Assembly (NCBI GenBank): GCA_963823035.1
Contig: CAWGKG010000014.1
Span: 384,001 to 448,000 of the forward strand
From: an uncultured Gemmatimonadales bacterium
GTDB lineage: Bacteria > Gemmatimonadota > Gemmatimonadetes > Longimicrobiales > Gaopeijiaceae
DNA: 64,000 nucleotides
Direction: 5' to 3'
Shown here: piece by piece, positions 1-11,185 of the stretch
Layout of the letters: each line of letters starts with the position of its first letter
Position numbering within the stretch: position 1 is the stretch's first letter
Translations under genes and position numbers: made by a program
Notes under the pieces: model-generated
Told to the model about the DNA's origin: nothing
Databases searched by the model: none
The model's input: only the letters and a program-made list of their open reading frames with translations

Positions 1-308
1 CGGTGCGATCGAGCGGCGCACCTGCCTCCCGTACCACCGACGCGCCGCCCTCACGCCGTCACGATCCACCCTGCGCGCGAACTCCTCCGCCGCGTCGCCG
101 AGCACGGCGTCACGCTGCTCCCCCGGCATCAGCCAGGCGAGCAACCGCTCCCATCCGCGGGGCACATCGCCCCGACCGCCGTCCGCATCCCGCAATTTCT
201 TATACACTGTGTGATAAATGGCCGCAATCGCCCCCCTCGCAGGATATGGACGGTGCGGAGGGGCCGATGGTTGCAGTCGGCGTCGGAGACGGAGGTTCGA
301 CGCCGCGC

Positions 309-346
309 TTGTTGTAGAATGACAAGGCATTAATGTCCTACAACAA
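309..346. promoter_or_regulatory. AT-rich inverted repeat, probable PadR operator/promoter
   Basis: TTGTTGTAG (309-317) and CTACAACAA (338-346) are perfect reverse complements; inner TTGT-N6-ACAA dyad; about 50 nt upstream of the PadR ATG. Confidence 0.55.
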
Positions 347-398
347 ACCTTGCCCGAGCGGCGTCCCACGAGACACCGACCCATACGGAGCGAACGCG

Positions 399-731
399 AT
401 GTCCCGATCCAAGGCCGACCTCCTCCAGGGAACGCTCGACCTCCTCATCCTCAAGGCGCTCACGCTGGGGGCGCTCCACGGATGGGGGATCTCCAAGCGC
501 ATCGGGCACATGTCGGGGGAGATCCTCGAGGTGAACCAGGGCTCGCTCTACCCCGCCCTGCACCGCCTGGAAGACCGGGGCCTGGTCTCGTCGGAATGGG
601 GCATCTCGGGCGAGGGTCGCCGCGCGAAGTTCTACACGCTGACGACGGCGGGACGCGCGCACTTCATGGAGGAAGAGGCGAGTTGGAGCCTGTTCGCCTC
701 CGCGGTCCAGCAGGTCCTGCACTTCGCATGA
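399..731 (+). CDS. PadR family transcriptional regulator (type found with duplicated orphan permeases)
   Basis: LLQGTLDLLILKAL..HGWGI..VNQGSLYPALHRLE..RRAKFYTLT wHTH signature; GGAG upstream of ATG 399. Confidence 0.93.
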   Translation: MSRSKADLLQGTLDLLILKALTLGALHGWGISKRIGHMSGEILEVNQGSLYPALHRLEDRGLVSSEWGISGEGRRAKFYTLTTAGRAHFMEEEASWSLFASAVQQVLHFA

Positions 732-783
732 GCGATCGGGAGGGTGGCGGACGGATGACGACGACGACGGAAGGAGGCGAGCG

Positions 784-3446
784 ATGAGGTGGACCGAGCG
801 GCTGGCGCGCAGGATCCGGGTGCTCTTCCGGAAGGGAGCGGTGGAGCGCGAGCTCGACGAGGAGCTCCGCGCACACGTGGAGATGGAGGCGGACGAGCTG
901 GCTCGCCGCGGCATGGAGCCGGAGCGCGCGCGGCGGGAGGCGCTCCGGCGTTTCGGCGGCGTCGAGCGCATGAAGGAGCGCGTGCGCGACGAGCGCGGCG
1001 GGCGCCTCCTCGAGGACCTCGTCCAGGACCTGCGCTATGGCGCACGCACCCTGCGGAAGAGCCCCGGCTTCTCGCTGAGCGCGCTGCTCGTGCTGGCGCT
1101 CGGCATCGGCTCCGCGACGGCGCTCTTCGGGGTGGTCGACGCCGTGCTCCTGGAGCCCCTTCCCTACCCGCAGCCCGATCGTCTCGTGCGCGTGTGGCCG
1201 GCTTCGCCGTCCCGTGGGATGGACAGGACCGCTTTCTCCTATCCCGATGCGAGGGACTGGCGCGAGCGCGCCGGCACGCTGGACGGCATGGCGGTCTATT
1301 CGACGCTCCCCGGCGACTACGTCTACCTGGGTGGCGACGCGCCCGTGGAGCTCGCGACGGAGTGGGTCGGCGGTGACTTCTTCCGCGTGCTCGGGGTCGC
1401 ACCCGCCGAGGGGCGCGCCCTGCGACCGGAGGACGAGGAGGAGCAGCGCATGGTCGCCGTCCTCTCCTGGGGGGCATGGCAACGGCTGTTCGCGGGCGAT
1501 CCCTCCGTGGTGGGCCGGACGGTCGAGCTCGACCACCGCTCGTTCGAGGTGGTGGGCGTCATGCCCGACGGCTTCACCTACCCGGAGGGCACCAGCGTCG
1601 ACCTGTGGGTGCCGATGACCGTCATCCCCCAGGACGACATCCCGACGGAGAGGCGCGCGGTGCGCTTCCTGAGCGGCCTGGGCCGCCTCGCGCCCGGCGC
1701 CACGATCGAGGCGGCGAGCAGCGAGTTGAGCGGCATCGCGCAGGCGCTGGAGGAGACGTATCCCGACGCGAACGCCGGCATCTCGGCCGCCACGCTGGAG
1801 CCGCTTCGGGACACCGTGGTGGGCGACGTGCGCACGGCGCTGTGGGTGGCGCTGGGCGCCGTCGGCTTCATCCTCCTGCTGGCGTGCGCCAACGTCGCCA
1901 ACCTGCTGCTCGCGCGGGGTACGGCACGGACCCGCGAGGTGGCGCTGCGCATGAGCCTGGGGGCGCCGGCGGGCCGGGTCGTCCGCCAGCTCCTCACGGA
2001 GAGCCTCCTCCTGGCGGCGTCGGGCGGAGCTCTCGGCCTCGCGATCGCGTGGGCGGCGACCACCGCCATGGCCCGGTGGAGCGCAGGGCTCCTGCCGCGC
2101 GCGGCGGGGATCGGACTCGACGGCACGGTCGTCGGGGTCTCGATCCTCGTGACGCTGGCGGCCGCGACGCTCGCGGGCATGCTTCCGGCGCTGCGCGCCG
2201 CGGACGTGTCGCCGGCGGACGATCTGCGCGAGGGGAGCCGCGGCAACGCGGCGGGCCTGCGGGGCGTGCGCCTGCGTCGCGGCCTCGTCGCCGCGGAGGT
2301 CGCCCTCGCCGTGCTCCTCCTCACCGGCGCAGGGCTGCTCATGCGCAGCCTGGGGGCGCTCAGCCGCGTGGACGCCGGCTTCGAGACCGCGGGCCGCATC
2401 GCCATGACGCTGACCATCTCCGACGAGGCGCATCCGGACCGCGGCGAGTGGATGGGCATGTACCACCAGATCCTCGAACGCCTCCGCGCGAACCCGTCGG
2501 TGACCTCCGCGGCCGCGATCCGCTACCTGCCGTTCCGTGGCTCCGGGGAGGCGATTGCCCGTGCACGTGCCCGGCCTGTACGAGCCTGCCCGGGAGAACC
2601 AGCAGTACGCCCAGCTCTTCCAGGTCTCGGACGACGTCTTCGAGACGCTCGGCATCCGACTTCTGCGCGGCCGCTCCTTCCAGGCCACGGACGGCCCCGA
2701 CGATCCGTTCGTCGCGGTGGTGAACGAGGCGTTCCAGCGCGAGTTCTTCCAGGGGCGCGACCCCCTCGGGGAACGCTTCTTCGCGTCCGGTGGCACCGGC
2801 GGCACGCCGGTGGAAGTCGTCGGGGTGGTGGCCGACGTGCACCACCGCGGGCTCGACGAGGCCCCGCACGCGAGCGTCTACATCAGCAACGACCAGAACT
2901 CGCGCATCCAGATGTCGTACGTGGTCGCAAACCACCGGAGACCCCCTCGCGCTGGCGGGCGAGATGCGCAGGATCGTCCACGACGTCGATCCCGATCAGC
3001 CGGTGTCCGAGATCCTCCCGCTCACCGAGCTGATGTCGGAGAACCTGGCGCGTCCACGCTTCTTCGCCGCGCTCCTGGGAGGCTTCGCCGTCCTGGCGCT
3101 TCTCCTCGCGGCGCTGGGCGTGTACGGCGTGCTCGCCTACGTGGTGCGGGGCCAGGCGCGAGAGATGGGGCTGCGCCTGGCTCTGGGCGCCTCGGGCGAG
3201 CGGGTGGCGGTCCGCGTGCTGGCCCAGGGGATGGCGCCCGTCGGCGTGGGGCTGGCCGTAGGGCTCCTCGCCGCCGCCGCGCTATCACGCTTCCTGGTGG
3301 CGCTCCTCTTCGACGTGGCGCCGCTGGACGCCCCGACCTACGTGGGCGTGGCCGCGGTCCTCGGCGGCGTCGCGGCCGTCGCCTGCCTCGTGCCGGCGTG
3401 GGCGGCCGGCCGCGTCGATCCGATGGTGAGCCTGCGCTCGGAGTAG
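784..3446 (+). CDS. Duplicated MacB/FtsX-type ABC permease (ADOP-like); frameshifts near 2550 and 2935
   Basis: ERELDEELRAHVEME..QDLRYGARTLRKSPGF, LLLACANVANLLLAR, REMGLRLALGA, VDPMVSLRSE; pieces in ORFs 784, 2537 and 2790. Confidence 0.9.
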
Positions 3447-3453
3447 CCGCGGG

Positions 3454-4380
3454 TCAGGCCTTCGCCGTCTCCAGGAGATCCGCGGTCTCGAGGATGCCGC
3501 GGATCTCCTTGCGGCGTGCCTCGGTGACCGGCGACAGCGGGGGCCGCGGGGCGCCGCCCTTGTACCCCAGGATGTCGAGGGCCGCCTTCACGCCCGGCAC
3601 GCCCATACCGCCTACGATCTGCGTGTGCACCGGGGCGATGCGCTCCTGCGCCCGCCCCGCGTCGGCCTCGCGCCCGTCGAAGAAGGCGACGCTGATCTCG
3701 GCGGCCTCGGCGGGCGCCATCAGCCCGACGCCCACGATCCCGCCCACGGCACCGACGCCCAGCCCGCCGTACAGGATCGAGCCGGCGCCCACGAGCACCT
3801 GGAAGTCGTCGGCGCACTGCTCGACCAGCTCACCGACCAGGTCGAGGTTCCCGCGCGAGTCCTTGATGCCCACGATGTTCTCGTGGTGCGACAACTCGGC
3901 CACCAAGCCGGTCGGGAATTCGAGCGTGGACAGACGTAGCGGCACCTGGTAGACGATCACCGGCACCGGCGACGCGTCGGCGACGGCCCGGTAGTGGCGG
4001 GCCAGCGCCTCGGGCGTCATCGCGCCCTTGAAGTACGCCGGCGGCTTCACCAGCACGGCGTCGGCGCCCGCGTCGGCGGCCTTTCTCGACCGCGCGATCG
4101 TGTGGCGCGTGGACTCGGCACCCGTGCCCACCAGCACGAGGCGGTCCTCGGGCACGGCGTCACGGGCCGCCTCCATGAGCGCGGCGATCTCGCCCTCGTC
4201 CAGGAAGACGGATTCGCCCGTGGAGCCCGCGATCAGCAAGCCGCGCAACGGATGCTCGAACCAGCGGCGCAGGTTGGACCGGAACGCGACGACGTCCACG
4301 TCGCCGGTGACGGGATCGAAGGGAGTCGTGACCGGGAGGAAGGTACCGCGCAGATCGGTGCTCATGGGTTCCATCGTCAT
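3454..4380 (-). CDS. Dihydrodipicolinate synthase family aldolase (non-DapA paralog, HOGA-like)
   Basis: PVTTPF, GSTGE, YQVP, GIKDS motifs in the C-terminal half of ORF 3454-5514; start overlaps the pilT stop (ATGA). Confidence 0.85.
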   Translation of the reverse strand: MTMEPMSTDLRGTFLPVTTPFDPVTGDVDVVAFRSNLRRWFEHPLRGLLIAGSTGESVFLDEGEIAALMEAARDAVPEDRLVLVGTGAESTRHTIARSRKAADAGADAVLVKPPAYFKGAMTPEALARHYRAVADASPVPVIVYQVPLRLSTLEFPTGLVAELSHHENIVGIKDSRGNLDLVGELVEQCADDFQVLVGAGSILYGGLGVGAVGGIVGVGLMAPAEAAEISVAFFDGREADAGRAQERIAPVHTQIVGGMGVPGVKAALDILGYKGGAPRPPLSPVTEARRKEIRGILETADLLETAKA

Positions 4381-5508
4381 CCTTCGTAGAGGCGGCTCAT
4401 CTCGTCCTGCATGCCCCCCTGGCCGCCGCCCTTCTCCGCCCTGAGGTCGCCGAACATGTTCATCTTGAGGTCGAAGTCGGTCGGGTTGTTCGCCGCGGCC
4501 TTGGCGACCTCGAAGGACACCAAGCCCCCGCTGCACCAACTCGGTCAGGTGCTGATCGAAGGTCTGGGAGCCGTAGTGGTCCTTCCCCTCCTCGATCAGG
4601 TCCGAGATCTCGTCCATCCGGTCCTTGTCCCGGATGCAGTCACGGATCGTGGCCGACACCGGCATGATCTCCATGGCCGCGACCCGCCCGCCCGTCTTCT
4701 TCTGCACGAGGCGCTGGCTGATCACCGCCTGAAGCTGCTCCGACAGGCGGATGCGGATCATCTCCTGCTCGCCCGGATCGAACACCGCGATCACGCGGGA
4801 GATCGTCTGTACGGCGTTCTTCGTGTGCAGCGTGGAGATCACCAGGTGGCCCGTCTCGGCGGCTTTGAGCGCGGTGTCGATCGTGAGCTTGTCACGCATC
4901 TCGCCGATGAGGATGATGTCGGGATCCTGGCGCAGGACGGCCCGCAGGCCCGAGGCGAACGAATCGGTGTCGGTGCCGATGTCGCGCTGCGTGATCGAGC
5001 ACTGGTTGTCTCGGTGCAGAAACTCGATCGGATTCTCGAGCGTGACGATGTGAAGGTGCTTGTGCTGGTTCATCCAGTTGATCATCGCCGCCATCGTCGA
5101 GCTCTTCCCGGCGCCGGTGACCCCCGTCACCAGGATCAGGCCGCGCTCGTGGTTCGCGATGTCCTCGATGATCGGAGGCAAGCCCAGGTCCTCGATCGTC
5201 GGGATCTCGAACGGAATCACGCGCATGACGATCATGGGCGAGCCGCGTTGCCTCATGATGTTCACGCGGAAGCGACCTACGCCCGGCAGGCCCCAGGAGC
5301 AGTCGTAGTCCAGCAGCTTGTCGAACTGCCGACGATCGTCCTCGTGCGGCATCAGCTTCAGCGCGATCGCCTTCACCTGATCCGCCGACAGCTTCTGCTG
5401 CGTCAGCGGCACGAGCTCGCCGAACACCCGCGCCCGGACCACGTCACCGGTCTTGATGTGGACGTCGCTCGCGCCGCGCTCGATCGCGGCCTTGAACAAC
5501 TCCTGCAT
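4377..5508 (-). CDS. pilT: Type IV pilus retraction ATPase PilT/PilU family; frameshift near 4527
   Basis: ASDVHI, GVTGAGKSST, TLENPIEF, LRQDPDIILIGEMRD, AAETGHLVISTLHT; true C-terminus (..AKAAANNPTDFDLK..YEG*) lies in another frame. Confidence 0.9.
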
Positions 5509-5575
5509 GGCCAATCCTCCGCCGTGGGGCCGAACGCTAAGATACTACCCTTCGTCCTCGCGACCCAAAGTCACC

Positions 5576-6108
5576 CTATCGTCCAGCCGGTCGGTCCCCG
5601 GTGGGTCGTCGCGGCGCCGGCGGTGGAATCTGGTGGTGGTGGTTCTCCGACTTCCCTTCGATCCAACCCAGGGGAATGAGGGCGATGAGCACGAGAACCG
5701 TCGCCCCCGCCGCCTCGATGGCGTAGCCGAACCCGACGGCCATCCCGATGGCGGCCACCACCCACATCGTCGCGGCGGTGGTCAGCCCGGTCACGCTTCC
5801 ACGGGCCTGGATGATCGTGCCGGCCCCGAGGAAGCCGATGCCCGACACGATCTGCGCGGCAATGCGTCCCGGGGTCGGCCGGCGGCCCCGCCCTGGCGGC
5901 GACGCGGGTCGGAGAGGTCCGCCAGGAGCGCCGCGCCGATGCAGATCAGGATGTTCGTGCGCAGGCCAGCGGGCTTGTGCGCCCGCTCGCGCTCCCATCC
6001 GATGGCTCCGCCCAGAAGCGCCGCGAGCAGCAGCTCGCCCAGGAGGTCGAGGCGCAACTCGGGGTGGCGGGTCGGAAGCGAGAAGAGCCAGTGCAGGAAG
6101 CCAGGCAT
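5576..6108 (-). CDS. MgtC/SapB family membrane protein; frameshifted near 5880-5920
   Basis: GGAIGWERERAHKPAGLRTNILICIGAA + RIAAQIVSGIGFLGAGTII..VTGLTTAATMW. Confidence 0.88.
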
Positions 6109-6116
6109 GCTCAAAG

Positions 6117-7130
6117 CTACTTCAGGGCGTCCCTCCACCGCAGCCCCATTCTTCCCCGTACCTCGTCCAGCGTGGCCGAGGCGATGGCGCGGGCCTTGTC
6201 GGCACCCTCGTCGAGGATCCACCGCACCCGGCCCGGGTCGGCACGGAACTCGGCGGCCCGCTCGCGGAAAGGCGCGAACGTCTGCGCGATGTTCTCGGAG
6301 AGCATCCGCTTGCAGTCCACGCAGCCGCGCGTCGCCGCGCGACACTGGGTGGCCACGTCCGCGACGGTGGCGGCATCACCGAAGTGCTGGTGCAGCGCGT
6401 AGACGTTGCACACCTCCGGCCGGCCGGGGTCGGTCCGCCGTACCCGCTGCGGGTCCGTGACGGCGGTGCGCACGCGCGCCCACACCTCGTCCGGCTCGGC
6501 GAGGATGCCGACCGTGTTGCCGAGGGACTTGCTCATCTTGGCTTCGCCGTCGAGCCCGAGGATCTTCCCCGCCTCGCCGATCATGGCCTCCGGCTCCGGG
6601 AAGGTGTCCCCGTACGCCGCGTTGAACCTGCGCGCCACCTCGCGCGTCAGCTCGAGGTGCTGCCGCTGGTCCTCTCCGACCGGCACCGCGTCGGCCTTGT
6701 ACACGAGGATGTCGGCGGCCTGCAGGATGGGGTAGTTGAGGATCCCCGCGGGTACCGACTCGAAGCGCTGGCTCTTGTCCTTGTACTGCGTCATGCGCTC
6801 GAGCTCGCCCACGGGCGTTACGGCGTTCAGCAGCCACGCCAGCTCCGTGTGCTCGTGCACGTCGGACTGCACGAAGATGGTGGCACGCGCGGGGTCGAGC
6901 CCCACGGCCAGGTAGCTGACGGCGAGGTCGAAGACGTTGCGCGGCATCTCCTTCGGGTCGCCGCCGGCCGTGATCGCGTGGTCGTCCACGATGCACCAGA
7001 TGCACTCGTACTCCTCCTGCAGCTCCACCCAGCGCTTGAGCGCGCCGAGGTAGTTGCCGAGGTGGGCTTCGCCCGAGGGCTGCATCCCGCTGAAGATGCG
7101 CTTCTTCCTGGTGTCGCTCGCGTCGCTCAT
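6117..7130 (-). CDS. trpS: Tryptophan--tRNA ligase
   Basis: FSGMQPSG, HLGNYLG, YPILQAADIL, VPVGEDQRQHLELTR, KMSKS. Confidence 0.97.
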   Translation of the reverse strand: MSDASDTRKKRIFSGMQPSGEAHLGNYLGALKRWVELQEEYECIWCIVDDHAITAGGDPKEMPRNVFDLAVSYLAVGLDPARATIFVQSDVHEHTELAWLLNAVTPVGELERMTQYKDKSQRFESVPAGILNYPILQAADILVYKADAVPVGEDQRQHLELTREVARRFNAAYGDTFPEPEAMIGEAGKILGLDGEAKMSKSLGNTVGILAEPDEVWARVRTAVTDPQRVRRTDPGRPEVCNVYALHQHFGDAATVADVATQCRAATRGCVDCKRMLSENIAQTFAPFRERAAEFRADPGRVRWILDEGADKARAIASATLDEVRGRMGLRWRDALK

Positions 7131-7257
7131 GATCCTCGTCCGCGGTGTCGTCGCCCGTGCCTTCCGAAGGCCGAAGGCGCTAAACTAACCCATCTCCCGC
7201 TCGCACGAGAAAGCCTGCCCGCGACACCTTCACCGCATACGTCGAGGTCGCAGGCCC

Positions 7258-7501
7258 ATGCGCGCCCGTGTTCCCGCCTTCGTGGCCCTCCTCCTCGTCC
7301 CCACCCTCCTGACCGCCCAGTCCGCGGCGCGGCCCGGCCGTGGTGCTCGGCATCGACCGGCGGCTCACCCGCGCGTCGACGGTCACGGTGGACGCGCGCT
7401 GGAACACGCTGTCGGTGGACATCGAGGACTTCGGACCCACGGCTCCGGCCGTGAAGATCGATCCGCTGACGCTGGGCATCGGCGTGGGCCTCCACTTCTG
7501 A
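7258..7501 (+). pseudogene. OmpW-like outer-membrane beta-barrel remnant (signal peptide joined out of frame to the last strands)
   Basis: MRARVPAFVALLLVPTLLTAQ signal peptide, then in another frame AVVLGIDRRL..VTVDARWNTL..VKIDPLTLGIGVGLHF* ending in Phe. Confidence 0.65.
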
Positions 7502-7580
7502 CGCGGAGGACTCGGGCACCCGGGGAGACGAGCGGCACGCTACCTTTCGGGCTCCTTCCGCACGGGACCCGAGGCCCCCC

Positions 7581-8384
7581 ATGCACGAACTCGCTCTCAC
7601 CGCCCTGGCCGCCGCCGACGCGGCGGCCGCCATCCACCGCCGGGACCAGGGACGCGTGGTCGTCGAAGGCGCGACCGAGAAGGGCCGGGCGGACTGGGTC
7701 TCGAAAACCGACCTGGACGCGCAGGCCGAGGCGCTCTCGGTGATCAGGGCCCGACATCCCGACCACCTCGTGCTCGCGGAGGAGGACGACCGGTCCGTGG
7801 CCGAGCGCTTGGCCGCGTGGGACGGCTCACCGATGTGGGTGGTGGACCCCCTCGACGGCACGGCCAACTTCCTGCACGGACACCCACAGCACGCCGCCTC
7901 GATCGCGGTCGCGGTGGACGGCCGACCCGTAGCGGGCGCGGTCGCGTGCGCGTCCACCGGCGAGCGGTGGTGGGCGGCCCGGGGGGAGGGCGCCTTCCGC
8001 GGTGGCCTCCCCATCCGGGTCTCGCCGTCCCGTGCGCTGCGTGACGCGCTGGTCGGGACGGGCTTTCCATTCAAGTTGCTCGATCGGCTCCCCGAATACC
8101 TCGGGCAGATGGACCGCGTGCTGCGGCGGAGCGCCGGCATCCGCCGCGCCGGCGCCGCCGCGCTCGACCTCTGCTACCTGGCGCAGGGCTCGCTCGACGC
8201 CTTCTGGGAGCTGTTTCTGCATCCGTGGGACTTCGCCGCGGGCTGGCTGATCGTCGAGGAGGCCGGGGGCGTGCTCACCAAGGAGGACGGCTCGCCGCTC
8301 GAGCTCGTGGATTGCGGCGTGATGGGCGCGAACGGGCCCGAGCTCGCCGAGGCGCTGGCGGAGCAGCTCGGAGTGGCCTCGTAG
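7581..8384 (+). CDS. suhB: Inositol monophosphatase family protein
   Basis: LAEE, WVVDPLDGTANF, GTGFP, RRAGAAALDLCY, PWDFAAG. Confidence 0.9.
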   Translation: MHELALTALAAADAAAAIHRRDQGRVVVEGATEKGRADWVSKTDLDAQAEALSVIRARHPDHLVLAEEDDRSVAERLAAWDGSPMWVVDPLDGTANFLHGHPQHAASIAVAVDGRPVAGAVACASTGERWWAARGEGAFRGGLPIRVSPSRALRDALVGTGFPFKLLDRLPEYLGQMDRVLRRSAGIRRAGAAALDLCYLAQGSLDAFWELFLHPWDFAAGWLIVEEAGGVLTKEDGSPLELVDCGVMGANGPELAEALAEQLGVAS

Positions 8385-8417
8385 AGGGGCCGGGGCCCCC
8401 AGCGGACCCGACGCCAT

Positions 8418-10574
8418 CTAGATCGCGATCCGCCACACCAGCTTGCTCACCACCGTCGTGCGTCTGGGCACCCAGAAGCGCTCGCCCGCGTCCGCGCTCT
8501 CGTTGATCACGAGGAAGAGGTCCGAGCCGGGCTCGGGAATCCAGTTCAGGCGGAAGTTGACGATGATCTCGTCGTCCTCGTTGTTCCACTGTCCGGCGAG
8601 GGAGCCGAACAGCTTGGGGCTCAGCGCCAGATCCAGGCGGCCGTTCGCTTCATCCACGCGGAACCGGCGGTCCTCGAACGTGATGCGGTTGTGGACGTAC
8701 TCGCCGCTCACGCCCACGTGCTTGCCGGCCTTCCACCGCGCCCCGAGCGTGGCCTCGAGACGGCGGCCGAGGTAGAAGCCGCCCTCGTTGATCTCGAAGT
8801 TCCCCGAGAGCGAGCGGCTCCGGTAGGAGCTCAATTGGAGCTCCAGACGCGACGTCCAGTACGTGCCGACCGGGATCTCCGCCCCCTCGAAGAGCTCGAA
8901 GGGTACGTCGGGATGGTCGGCCCGGCGCTGGATGTTGAGCTCGAGCCCGTCTCCGCTCTTCAGGGTGAAGGCGAAGGGCACGAACTCCACTTGCAGCGAC
9001 TGGAGCGCCCCGGTCCGGTCGTCGCGGTAGTACGACACCTCATAGGGCTTGATCTCCATCTGCTGCACGAACGGGAGAAACGCGGGCCGCGGGTTGAACG
9101 ACAGCTCGGACGCGAAGCGCTGGTAGTTCGTACGCCGGGCGAATCCCACGCGCGGATCGAACGCCGTGTCCGCTCGGGCCCAGGACGCCGAGAAGTTCAC
9201 CAGGTCGTTGGGGTAGTCGAGGTACACCCGGTGCGCCAGGCCGAACCGCTGCCGGGCATCGGAGGTGTAGGTCTGCGCCACGGCCACGCCCGCCGCGAAC
9301 TCCCGCTCGCCGAAGAGCGACGACGTGGCGTAGTCGAAGTCCATGCCGTACGTGGCGACGCGGCGGCCGGGCTCGGTCCTCCCGACCGCGATGACGCCGA
9401 CGGACGACTGACCCAACAGGTCCTGCTTCCAGCGCACGACGCCGAAGCTGGCCGGGGGCTCGGCGTCCGTCCCCTCCGTGCGCAGGGCCATCGCACCCAA
9501 CGTCGTCCCGCCGCTCTTCCCCAGCACGCGGGCCCCACCGAGGATCGGGATCTCCGTTCGGTCCTCGGAGAGACCGATGCGCCGGCTGTAGAACGGCTGC
9601 ACGTCTCCCCCGAGGTCGAAGGCGAAGAACTCGCTCCCCTCGAGGAAGAACGTCCGCTTCTCGGGATAGAACAGCGAGAAGCGGCTGAGGTTGACCTGCT
9701 GCTGGTCGGACTCGACCTGGGCGAAGTCCGGGCGCACGGTGACCTGCACCTTCCAGCTCGGCACGGGCAGGAAGCTCAGGTCGAGACCGACGCCATGGAC
9801 GGCGGAGCGCCCCTCCCCGCCCTGCCATTCCAGGCCCCCGATGCCGTACGGACGCGCTTCGGCGAGGCGTGTGCCGGCGATGCCCCGGATCCCGGCCAGC
9901 GCCCCGGCCCGGCTGAGGTTCTCGAGCCGGGAGTCGCGCGACCACCCCTGCCATAGCACCTGCTGACGAAGGCGGGGGATGTTGCGTTGGAAGTTGATCC
10001 CCCACGGCCGCTCGGCGTCCGTCGGGAATCTCAGCGTGGAGAACGGGATGCGCATCTCGGCGAACCACCCCTGGTCGGTCCGGCGCGTGCGCACGTCCCA
10101 GACGCCGTCCCAATCCTCGTTCCGCTCTCCCCCGGCCAGGAGCGCATCGGCACGAGCAGCGTTGGGGTTCGTGACGAACAGGTAGCCGTTTCGGTCGTCG
10201 TCGAAGGGGTCGAGCACCACCTCGAAGGCGTCTTCGGCGCTCCACTGGAAGTCCCGCGACATCTCGTTGGCACGGATCCCCGCGGGGTCCGAGTCGAACG
10301 CCCAGAAGCCGATGTACAGGGCGTCCTCGTCGAACAGGACCGCCACCTCGGTGCGCTCGCCCGCCGGTGCGCCGAAGTCCAGCTCGCGTTGCGTGAAGTT
10401 CGCGATGCGCCCTGCACGCTGCCACGCGGCCTCGTCCAGGGCGCCGTCCAGCCGGATCGTCTCGGAGATCCCGAGAGCCGCGATGGTGGAGGGCTCGCTC
10501 TGCTGCGCGCGGACGGCAGCAGGCGAGCCGAGGAGTAGCAGGACGCCGAGGCGTGCCCGGATTCGCGACCTCAC
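8418..10574 (-). CDS. Secreted CBM9-like/DUF5916 outer-membrane protein
   Basis: Signal peptide; IRLDGALDEAAW, EMRIPFSTLRF, PDFAQVESD, SLFYPEKRTFFLEG, FYSRRIGL. Confidence 0.85.
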   Translation of the reverse strand: MRSRIRARLGVLLLLGSPAAVRAQQSEPSTIAALGISETIRLDGALDEAAWQRAGRIANFTQRELDFGAPAGERTEVAVLFDEDALYIGFWAFDSDPAGIRANEMSRDFQWSAEDAFEVVLDPFDDDRNGYLFVTNPNAARADALLAGGERNEDWDGVWDVRTRRTDQGWFAEMRIPFSTLRFPTDAERPWGINFQRNIPRLRQQVLWQGWSRDSRLENLSRAGALAGIRGIAGTRLAEARPYGIGGLEWQGGEGRSAVHGVGLDLSFLPVPSWKVQVTVRPDFAQVESDQQQVNLSRFSLFYPEKRTFFLEGSEFFAFDLGGDVQPFYSRRIGLSEDRTEIPILGGARVLGKSGGTTLGAMALRTEGTDAEPPASFGVVRWKQDLLGQSSVGVIAVGRTEPGRRVATYGMDFDYATSSLFGEREFAAGVAVAQTYTSDARQRFGLAHRVYLDYPNDLVNFSASWARADTAFDPRVGFARRTNYQRFASELSFNPRPAFLPFVQQMEIKPYEVSYYRDDRTGALQSLQVEFVPFAFTLKSGDGLELNIQRRADHPDVPFELFEGAEIPVGTYWTSRLELQLSSYRSRSLSGNFEINEGGFYLGRRLEATLGARWKAGKHVGVSGEYVHNRITFEDRRFRVDEANGRLDLALSPKLFGSLAGQWNNEDDEIIVNFRLNWIPEPGSDLFLVINESADAGERFWVPRRTTVVSKLVWRIAI

Positions 10575-11185
10575 ATACCGCCTTCCTCGCCCTCCTCTTC
10601 GTGCTCCACGCTCACCACCTTGCCGGTGACGGCGTCCACGTGGACCTCCTGGACACCCTCCTGCCCCTCGACCGCGATATCGTAGGAGTAGATGAGGAGT
10701 CCGTCCTCCTCCTCGAGCTCCGCCCCGATGACGCGACCGCCGGGCACCCTGGCGAGCGCCGCCGTTCGGGCGGCCTGGTCGGTGATCTTCGCGCGGTCCT
10801 TCAGGCCGGGCGTCTCCTCCACCAGCGCGGCGGCGGCACCCTCCTCTCGGCGCCTCGTCGGCCTCCTGTGCCTCGGTCTCGTGCTCCTGCGCCGACGACC
10901 TTCCCGTCGAGGGCGTCGACCTGGACCTCCTGGACCCCCTCGTTCCCCGCGACCTCGATGTCGAAGGAATAGATCAGCTTGCCCCCCTCCTCCTCCAGCT
11001 CGCCGGATCGGACCTTGCCGCCGGGCACGCGAGCGAGCGCGGTGGCGCGTGCCGCCTCGCCGCTCACCTTCACGCGGGCCGCCAACTCGGGGGTCATCTG
11101 GATCTCACCGTTCTCCCCTCCTTCTCCGCACGCGGTCATTGCGACGACGGAAAGGGCCACGGCCATGATGGTCAAGGTACTTCAT
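10571..11185 (-). CDS. Lipoprotein with two PepSY domains; frameshifts near 11175 and 10870
   Basis: VAMTAC lipobox; repeated ARxxALARVPGG..ELEEExGxLIYSxDIxVxGxEGVQEVxVDA units in ORFs 10801 and 10571. Confidence 0.82.

Noticed and set aside
194..220. dif site or DnaA boxes
   Set aside because: No TTATGTTAAAT-like XerD arm; only one imperfect DnaA-box match
3454..5514. Apparent PilT-DHDPS fusion (686 aa)
   Set aside because: A frameshift near 4527 bypasses the PilT stop at 4377; the proper PilT C-terminus is in another frame
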